From Thermoanaerobaculia bacterium (GTDB lineage Bacteria; Acidobacteriota; Thermoanaerobaculia; Multivoradales; UBA5704): DNA of 49,325 nucleotides. A program made the translations under genes and the position numbers. Positions 43,137 through 49,325 of the stretch are shown in pieces. Every line of letters starts with the position of its first letter. Within the stretch, counting starts at the first letter, position 1. The stretch lies in the NCBI GenBank assembly GCA_036277075.1, contig DASUNQ010000108.1, positions 1 through 49,325 of the forward strand, read 5' to 3'. The notes under the pieces are model-generated. The model ran no database searches. It had not been told where the DNA came from and saw only the letters and a program-made list of their open reading frames with translations.

Positions 43137-44327
43137 TCAGAGCGGTGCGGGGTCTCGCAGCCACGCCAGGAGCTGCTTGGCCGTGACGACGCGGACCTCG
43201 GGCCGGCGGAGGGCGTAGTCGAGGATCTCGGCGAGGGCCCGCCGCCGCTCTTCGGCGGTGGTGGCGGCGGCGCCGCGGTACTCCTCCGAGTAGATGTCGC
43301 TGTGGGCGCCGAAGGTGAGGGGCGCGCGGTTGCCCGCGAGGCGGCGGTCGAGGGAGTACTTCCAGGTCGCCACCACCTCCGGCCGCGTCATCCCGAGCTC
43401 CACCCAGAGGTTCCAGTCGAAGCCGGTGATCTTGCCGTCGGCCGGGTCGAAGTCCGCCCGGACTGCGTGGAGGCGGGCGCGCAGGCCCGGCGGCACGCCG
43501 TAGCGCGGGCACGCCTCGTCGGGCGGCACGGTGAGCGCGTAGACCGGGATCTCCCAGAGCTCGCGGCGGATGCCGCGCCAGCCGCCGCCGTAGCCGGAGG
43601 CGATGCGGTAGGGCCAGAGGAGGTTGGCGCCGTCGTAGGCTTCCGCGAAGCCCTCCTCGACGCTGCAGTCGTAGGCGATGCCGTGGGCGCGCAGCGCGGC
43701 GAAGAGCGGCGGGTTGAACTCGAGGAAGGGTGCACGGAAGCCGACCACGTCTTGGCGCGCGAGGCCGATGCCGGTCGCCGAGTCGGCGGCGCTGCCGGGT
43801 GCGAAAGGCTTGCCGAGCCAGCGCAGGCAGGCGGCGATCTCCTCCGACCACTCGGCGGCCTCGAAGTAGGTGCCGTGCGGATGGCTGTGGGTGTGGAGGC
43901 CGATCTCGTGGCCGGCGTCGAACGCCGCGCGCCAGGCGAGCTTGACGTGGGCCGGCGAATCCACCTCGGGGGCCTCGATGTAGCGTGTCGCGACGTAGAG
44001 CGAGAAGAGCGCCGGGCCGCCGTCGTAGGTGCGCGGCTCGCCGCGGCCCGGCGGGTTGCGCCGGCCCGCGAAGAGGTTGGTGACGAAGCGCACCCCGCCC
44101 CGGGTGGCGGAGCCCTCGCGGCCGGAGATACCGTTGTCGTCGAAGCCGAACTGCACGAACTGCGGCACCTCTGCGACCGCGAGCCCTCCGGGCGGCAGGG
44201 CCGACGCGGCGCCGCGGCTCGGATGCTCGCGCCCGCGCCGCGCCGGAGCGACGGCGGCGGTGCAGGCGAGGACGAAGGCGGCGGCGAGCGCCAGGCCGGC
44301 GCCTGCCGACAAGAAGCGACGGGGCAC
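43137..44327 (-). CDS. Polysaccharide deacetylase (NodB-homology) family protein
   Basis: FVQFGFDDNG and HEIGLHTHSHPHG metal-binding motifs. Signal/lipobox-like N-terminus ...AAAFVLAC. Confidence 0.8.
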   Translation of the reverse strand: MPRRFLSAGAGLALAAAFVLACTAAVAPARRGREHPSRGAASALPPGGLAVAEVPQFVQFGFDDNGISGREGSATRGGVRFVTNLFAGRRNPPGRGEPRTYDGGPALFSLYVATRYIEAPEVDSPAHVKLAWRAAFDAGHEIGLHTHSHPHGTYFEAAEWSEEIAACLRWLGKPFAPGSAADSATGIGLARQDVVGFRAPFLEFNPPLFAALRAHGIAYDCSVEEGFAEAYDGANLLWPYRIASGYGGGWRGIRRELWEIPVYALTVPPDEACPRYGVPPGLRARLHAVRADFDPADGKITGFDWNLWVELGMTRPEVVATWKYSLDRRLAGNRAPLTFGAHSDIYSEEYRGAAATTAEERRRALAEILDYALRRPEVRVVTAKQLLAWLRDPAPL

Positions 44328-44385
44328 GAGGCCGGGAAGGATATGGCAATGCGCCAGGGCCCGGCCGCCGGGGCCAGGGCTCCGC

Positions 44386-47300
44386 TCAATGCTCGGGATG
44401 CACGGGCCGGAGCTCCAGGCCGCCCTCGCGCGCGAAGTCCTGCAGGCGGCGTCTCAGCTCCTGCAGCTCCGCGGCCGGCAGCTCGCCGTCGGCGTGGGAC
44501 TCGATCTCGTGCAGCACCTCGGCGAGGGTCGAGCCGGTCTGCACGGCCGCCACGCTCCAGTCGCCCTGGGCGGCCAGCATCTGCTCGCAGGCCGCGGCCA
44601 CCCGCAGGCGGAGCTTGTTGCGCAGCGGCGCCTCGATGCGCGGGTTGTCGAGCGCGGCGAGCAGCCCGGCGCAGGAGGCGGACCGCCGCCCCCAGGCGAC
44701 GTCGAAGACGGTGCCGAAGGCCTCGATGCGGCACCGGCCGGCGCCCGCCTCGACCTGCACGGGGATCGAGTAGGAGCCGTCGCCGCGGTCGACGACCGCG
44801 GCACCGCCGCAGCGGCAGCCGTCCGCCTCCCGGCACTGGATCGCGCCCGGCCGCCCCGGTCCCCAGAGGTTCCCCAGCCGGTCGCGCGGCACCAGGGTGA
44901 CGTCGAAGCCGCCGCCGGCGGCCGGCCGGTCGCGCGGTGTCACCTGGACCCCGCTCGCCGTGGCGTCGACCCCCACCTCGACGAACACCGACTGCACCAG
45001 CTCGCGCCGGGTCGTGCAGCCGTCCTTCTCGAGGTCGAGAATGAAGCGGTAGCGATACATGCCGTCGGCGCCGGCGACGTGGGGAAGCTGCGCCGACCAG
45101 TAGTGGTTGCCGGCCACCAGGTCGCCGTGGGTGCCGTCGTCGAACAGCGGGTAGGTGGCGGTGGTGGTCGGGATGATCGGTCCCGGATGCGCCGCCGCGA
45201 GCGCCGCGAGAGTGGCGGCGCGCGGTTCGAGCCGCTCGTCGCCGATCGACCGCTCCTTGTCCAGGCCCCGGCGGGCGAGGAGCGTGCCGATGCCGAGCAG
45301 GGGGCGCTCGATCTCCACCCGGGCGTCGACCCGGTCGAAGCCGCCGGCGGTCGCCGTGAACGGGGAGACGCGGACGCTCGGCAGCAGGTCGCCGCCGGTC
45401 CGGAAGTGCGACACCGGCTTGTGGGCCTGGAGCTTGTTGAGGCCGCGCACCAGCACGTCGACGAACCAGCGTTGCTCGACGCCGCGGTCGGCGCGCACGA
45501 CGATGCCCGCGCCGCGGCCGTCGAGCGTCGCCTGCGCCACGGTGCCGGCCGGCACGAGGCCGTAGCTCCAGATCGCGTGGCCGGGGTTGCGCAGCTCGAG
45601 GCTCGCCGCCTGGAGCTCGCCGGCCACCTCGAGCCGCCGGTGGTTGCGGCTGCCGGCGTCGGCGGCGCCCGCGCACTTGAGCAGGGCCGCGGCCGCCGCG
45701 CCGCGGGTGTCGGTGAGGATGGCGCGCTGCCCGGCGCAGATCCGCTGCGCCAGGATGCCGTCGTAGGGCTCGCGAGCCTCCCCCTCCTGGTGCGCGTAGA
45801 CGATCAGGTCCCACTCGCGCCGCAGCAGCCGCGCCAGCTCGGCCGGCCGGTCGGTGGCGGCGACCGCGCCGAGCAGCCCGGTGCCCGTCTCGGCGTCGAG
45901 CGCCTCGCGGTAGGCGGAGGCGCCGAAGGTCTTGTCCTCGAAGTAGAGCACCCGCGCGCAGCCGTCGGGACAGAGCCGCTGGATCTCCCTCCGCACCAGG
46001 GCCACCCCCGCCTTCGGCTCGGCGAAGCTGTCGCTGGTGAAGCCGTTGACGAAGGCTCGGTGGCGCCGCACCAGATGGGCCTGCCAGAGGCCGGTCGCGG
46101 CGCCGCGATAGGGGAGCCGCAGGCGGGCGAAGTCCCAGGTCGGCTGGGTCGAGGTCTCGACCGCCGGTCCCCCCGGACGCACCAGGTCGCCGTTCGGCGC
46201 GTGGATCAGCAGGCGGAGCTCGCCGCGCTCCACCGCCGTCTTCCAGCCGCCGACGAAGGTCAGCTTGCCGTCGCCGCAGGAGGTGTACTCGATCGCCTCG
46301 CTGGCCGCCTGGCCGGGGGCCAGGACGCCGTTGGGGTCGAGGCCCAGGAACTCGTCGGTGAGCTGGCCGAAGCACTTGGCGAAGAAGTCCTTGAGGTCGA
46401 TCCACCCGCCGTCGGGGTCGGTCGCCGGGTTCTGCATGTAGATGCCGCCCTGACGCTCGGCGAAGAGGGTCAGCAGATCGCCGTTGAGTGAGCCGGCGTC
46501 GCCGAAGCCGATGGCGCAGACCTGGGTGTCGTAGAGGTTGGCGTAGGCGAGCTGGTCGCCGAAGCACTCGCCGCCGCAGGTGGGGCCGGCGCCGCCGGCC
46601 GGCGCCAGGCAGGGCGGCACGTTCTCGATGCCGTCGGTCAGCAGCAGGATCGACTTGCGCCGGTTGGTGCCGGCCGGCGGCGGATCGGGCAGGGCGGAGC
46701 AGTCGCCGCCGGCGCAGATCTCGCCGATCGCCGCCTCGACGCCGCCGCCGATCCCGGTGCAGCCGCTCCCGGTGGCGGCGGCGATCTCGTCCAGCACGTC
46801 CTGGAACGGCCCTGCCAGCAATCCGGGCCCGGCGTCGATCGGCGACAGGTTGCGGTCCGGGTCGGCGGCGTCGGAGGCGTAGGAGACGATTCCGATGTGG
46901 TTGGTCTGGCCGTCGCCGCGGGCGTCCTCCAGGAGCTCGCCGAAGAGGCCGGCCGCCTCGAGCGCGGCGTCGAGCTTGCTGGCTCCCGTCGCGTCGAGCT
47001 CGTCCATGCTGCCGGAGCGGTCGAGCACCAGCATGACGTCGGTGGCGTTGAGGTCCTGCCAGTCGCGCACCACGTCGTCGATCGCCTTGTGCAGGCGCCA
47101 GAACATGGGATCGCGCACCGAGCAGCCGGAGCTGTTGATGTCGTTGCAGGGGCCCGCGGTGCCGACGGCGCCGTGCATCTGGCCGTGGAAGCTGTCGTCG
47201 AGGAGGGTGGTGACCTCTTCCACGGTCGTGAAGTCCGCGAGCTCGGTCTTGCCCGGGAAGCTCACGTTGCTCCCGGCGCAGGTGGCGCTGGCGGCGGACT

Positions 47301-47970
47301 GGCAGGGGTCGGGCCCGGCGCCGCCCACGAACAGGCACTGCGGGAACGACTGGCAGCTGGAGCAGATCGCGCCGTCCGGCCGGCAGGGGTTGGTGCCAGG
47401 CCCCACGTCGCAGTCCTGGACGGAGTCGTCCGCCACCGCGTCCTGCGACCCGCAGCCGGTGCCGCCGGCGGCGAGGTCGCAGTCGAAGCCGTAGGTCAGC
47501 GCCATGTCGGGACACCAGATGACCGATTCGATCTTGCAGCCCTGCGGGCTGCCGGCCGTGGGGTTGCAGAAGTTGCCGCTCTCGCGCCAGATGTTGTAGT
47601 CGTGCTCGATCTGGCGATGGAAGGCGTACCAGCGGTTGCCGCGCAGGGGCGGGTTGTCGCCGTCGCTGTCGCCGACGCTGCCGAAGCACTCGTGCCATGC
47701 GGAGTGCATCTCCAGCACCGACTGCGAGCCCGCCGGCGCCGGGATGGAGGTGCAGCAGTCGCCGACGTCGGCGTCCTCGTGGCAGTCCCGGCCGTTCGAT
47801 ACACCGCTCCATTCGCAGTCCGTCGCGAGGTTCCCCTGCTCCCGGCACAGGAGCGGCGCGTTGGCGTCGGTGTTGACGTAGGTGAAGCAGGTCTGGGCCC
47901 CGGCGGGCCCGGCGGCGCCGAGGACGAGGGCGAGGAGCGCGGCGGGGAAGGCGGAGCGAGGCTGGCGCAT
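44386..47970 (-). CDS. Large secreted protein: Cys-rich tyrosinase-like di-copper domain plus VWA domain plus long C-terminal region
   Basis: The real start within ORF 44386..49302 is the ATG at 47970, after AGGAGGG. Signal peptide MRQPRSAFPAALLALVLGAAGPAGA. CuA-like WHECF...FHRQIEHDY, CuB-like FHGQMHGAVG...DPMFWRLHKAIDDVVRDWQ, MIDAS VMLVLDRSGSMDE. Confidence 0.8.
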   Translation of the reverse strand: MRQPRSAFPAALLALVLGAAGPAGAQTCFTYVNTDANAPLLCREQGNLATDCEWSGVSNGRDCHEDADVGDCCTSIPAPAGSQSVLEMHSAWHECFGSVGDSDGDNPPLRGNRWYAFHRQIEHDYNIWRESGNFCNPTAGSPQGCKIESVIWCPDMALTYGFDCDLAAGGTGCGSQDAVADDSVQDCDVGPGTNPCRPDGAICSSCQSFPQCLFVGGAGPDPCQSAASATCAGSNVSFPGKTELADFTTVEEVTTLLDDSFHGQMHGAVGTAGPCNDINSSGCSVRDPMFWRLHKAIDDVVRDWQDLNATDVMLVLDRSGSMDELDATGASKLDAALEAAGLFGELLEDARGDGQTNHIGIVSYASDAADPDRNLSPIDAGPGLLAGPFQDVLDEIAAATGSGCTGIGGGVEAAIGEICAGGDCSALPDPPPAGTNRRKSILLLTDGIENVPPCLAPAGGAGPTCGGECFGDQLAYANLYDTQVCAIGFGDAGSLNGDLLTLFAERQGGIYMQNPATDPDGGWIDLKDFFAKCFGQLTDEFLGLDPNGVLAPGQAASEAIEYTSCGDGKLTFVGGWKTAVERGELRLLIHAPNGDLVRPGGPAVETSTQPTWDFARLRLPYRGAATGLWQAHLVRRHRAFVNGFTSDSFAEPKAGVALVRREIQRLCPDGCARVLYFEDKTFGASAYREALDAETGTGLLGAVAATDRPAELARLLRREWDLIVYAHQEGEAREPYDGILAQRICAGQRAILTDTRGAAAAALLKCAGAADAGSRNHRRLEVAGELQAASLELRNPGHAIWSYGLVPAGTVAQATLDGRGAGIVVRADRGVEQRWFVDVLVRGLNKLQAHKPVSHFRTGGDLLPSVRVSPFTATAGGFDRVDARVEIERPLLGIGTLLARRGLDKERSIGDERLEPRAATLAALAAAHPGPIIPTTTATYPLFDDGTHGDLVAGNHYWSAQLPHVAGADGMYRYRFILDLEKDGCTTRRELVQSVFVEVGVDATASGVQVTPRDRPAAGGGFDVTLVPRDRLGNLWGPGRPGAIQCREADGCRCGGAAVVDRGDGSYSIPVQVEAGAGRCRIEAFGTVFDVAWGRRSASCAGLLAALDNPRIEAPLRNKLRLRVAAACEQMLAAQGDWSVAAVQTGSTLAEVLHEIESHADGELPAAELQELRRRLQDFAREGGLELRPVHPEH

Positions 47971-48039
47971 GGCAACCCTCCTGTTGAGAGGTTGGGCTCG
48001 CCGGGCGCCGGTTTCGTTACGGCGTAGGATCACCGGTCG

Positions 48040-48744
48040 ATGGACCTCTGGGCCGGCACGAGCGGCTTCGCCTTCGACGAGTGGAAGGGCAGCTTCTACC
48101 CCGAGGACCTGCCCGCCGCCGGGCGCCTGCGCTACTACGCGGAGCGGCTCTCGACGGTCGAGATCAACAACACCTTCTATCGCCTGCCGCGGGCGAGCAT
48201 GCTCCAGGGTTGGGCGGAGCAGGTGCCGGCGCGCTTCCGGTTCGCGCTCAAGGCGTCGCAGAAGATCACGCACTTCCGGCGACTCGTCGGCGCCGAAGAC
48301 GAGACCGCCTACCTTTTCCGCACCGTCGCCGTCCTCGGCGAGCGCCTGGGGCCGGTCCTCTTCGGCCTGCCGCCGAACCTCAAGTTGGACCTGCCGCGGC
48401 TCGAGGCCTTCCTCGACCTCCTGGCGCGCGAGACCGTGGCGGCGCCGGTCGCCTTCGAGTTCCGCCATCCGAGCTGGCAGGACGACGCCGTCTACGCGGC
48501 GCTCGCCGCCCGCGGCTGCGCTCTCTGCCAGGCCGACACCGACGAGGCGCCGCTCGCGGCGCTCGTGCCGACCGCCTCCTGGGGCTACCTCCGGCTGCGG
48601 CGGAGCGAGTACGCCGAAGCCGACCTCGCGCGCTGGGCAGCGGCCGTGCGCGCCCAGCCCTGGCGCGAGGCCTACCTCTACTTCAAGCACGAGGAGGGGG
48701 GCGGCGGGCCGCGCGACGCGGAGCGTTTCCTCGCGCTCGCCTAG
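48040..48744 (+). CDS. DUF72 (YecE-like) protein
   Basis: AGTSGFAFDEWKGSFYP, STVEINNTFYRLP and FEFRHPSW blocks are typical of DUF72. Confidence 0.85.
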   Translation: MDLWAGTSGFAFDEWKGSFYPEDLPAAGRLRYYAERLSTVEINNTFYRLPRASMLQGWAEQVPARFRFALKASQKITHFRRLVGAEDETAYLFRTVAVLGERLGPVLFGLPPNLKLDLPRLEAFLDLLARETVAAPVAFEFRHPSWQDDAVYAALAARGCALCQADTDEAPLAALVPTASWGYLRLRRSEYAEADLARWAAAVRAQPWREAYLYFKHEEGGGGPRDAERFLALA

Positions 48745-48799
48745 CGGCGCCTCCTCCCTCGCGCGCTCGCCCGCGCAAGCTATACTCGGCGCAGTCGTT

Positions 48800-49325
48800 A
48801 TGCGCCCCGCCGAGCGTCCGATCCCGCCCCTTCGCCCGCGGCCGAGCCGGCTCGCGGCGGCGCTGCTCCTGGCGGCGGGCGGGGCGCTCCTCGCGGCGCC
48901 GCCCGAAGGCCCGCCGCCGGCGGCGCGCGGCGAGGTCCTCCACCTGCGGATCCGCTCGATCATCCATCCGATCGCCGCGCGCTTCCTGCAGGAGGCGCTG
49001 GCCGAGGCGGACGCCGTCGGAGCCGCGGCGGTGGTCGTGGAGCTGGACACCCCGGGCGGCCTCCTCACCTCGACGCGCGAGATGTTCACCGCCATGCTCG
49101 GCGCCAGGACCCCGGTCGTGGTCTGGGTGGGGCCGAGCGGCGCCCAGGCGGCCTCGGCCGGCTTCTTCCTGCTCATGGCGGCCGACGTCGCCGCCATGGC
49201 GCCGGGCACCAACACCGGCGCCGCGCACCCGGTCGGCGGCCAGGGGGAGGACATCCCCGGCGTCCTCGGCGCCAAGGCCGAGCAGGACGCGGCCGCCACC
49301 ATCCGCTCCCTCGCCGCGCGCCACG
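48800..49325 (+). CDS. NfeD-family membrane-bound ClpP-class serine protease, 5' partial
   Basis: ATG 48800 with the frame open to the window end. VVVELDTPGGLLTSTREM and AQAASAGFFLLMAADVAAMAPGTNTGAAHPV match the NfeD protease domain. Confidence 0.7.
   Translation, partial: MRPAERPIPPLRPRPSRLAAALLLAAGGALLAAPPEGPPPAARGEVLHLRIRSIIHPIAARFLQEALAEADAVGAAAVVVELDTPGGLLTSTREMFTAMLGARTPVVVWVGPSGAQAASAGFFLLMAADVAAMAPGTNTGAAHPVGGQGEDIPGVLGAKAEQDAAATIRSLAARH

Noticed and set aside
43388-47848. 1486-aa (minus) and 820-aa (44029..46491, plus) ORFs overlapping the deacetylase and tyrosinase/VWA genes
   Set aside because: The products are Arg/Pro/Gly/Ala-rich low-complexity sequences typical of off-frame or antisense reading of very G+C-rich coding DNA. 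The alternative frames carry clear domain motifs.
47971-49302. N-terminal extension of the 1638-aa ORF 44386..49302
   Set aside because: It is antisense to the DUF72 and NfeD genes. A strong RBS plus signal peptide at 47970 marks the real start.

Overview
High-G+C bacterial chromosome (lipobox, outer-membrane beta-barrel and signal peptides suggest a diderm) carrying a 34,386-bp mosaic island (4801-39186) of visibly lower G+C. The island sits inside a PqqB-like MBL-fold hydrolase gene. The 5' part (4205-4800) and 3' part (39187-39562) rejoin in frame (972 nt, ...VPHRD|EYSD...). Both junctions read GGA. Joining the island ends gives a symmetric attP (13-nt inverted arms, 6 nt either side of a central GA) at the 3' end of a large serine recombinase (LSR) gene (37695->). 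Island content, left to right: tandem XRE HTH reading frame; an intact paralogue of the disrupted MBL gene; an LSR fragment; a low-G+C minus-strand block (TM protein, Ldh2 dehydrogenase, APH/MtnK-like kinase, Gfo/Idh/MocA oxidoreductase); a SymE/AbrB-fold protein; a four-gene DISARM-like operon (unknown 787-aa protein, DrmA-like DExH helicase, DrmB-like DUF1998 protein, Zn-ribbon N6-adenine methyltransferase; no PLD or SNF2 gene seen); a second LSR with a Toprim / P-loop / XRE / RuvC-like / TraD-like module; a tightly packed low-G+C cassette (PPDK_N ATP-grasp fused to an alpha/alpha-toroid repeat domain, helical unknown, free-standing phospho-His swivel domain, MBL hydrolase, SDR, guanylate-kinase-like protein, membrane protein) running straight into a 1005-aa TraD-like ATPase with a C-terminal nuclease-like domain; then the terminal LSR. 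Best candidates for something new: (i) the split PEP-synthase-type phosphotransfer cassette, (ii) the atypical DISARM-like operon, (iii) the recombinase reading frame that crosses attP and would be fused in frame to two HTH domains only in the excised circle, (iv) an island carrying an intact copy of the gene it disrupts. The right flank holds a roughly 460-bp intergenic structure of six direct plus five inverted 42-bp palindromic units. It is followed by ordinary chromosomal genes: secreted protein, YyaL-type thioredoxin-domain protein, polysaccharide deacetylase, a 1194-aa tyrosinase-like/VWA secreted protein, DUF72, NfeD. No rRNA, tRNA or CRISPR was seen. Many long ORFs in the track are GC-driven shadow frames. 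All homology calls come from motif recognition by eye; no searches were run.
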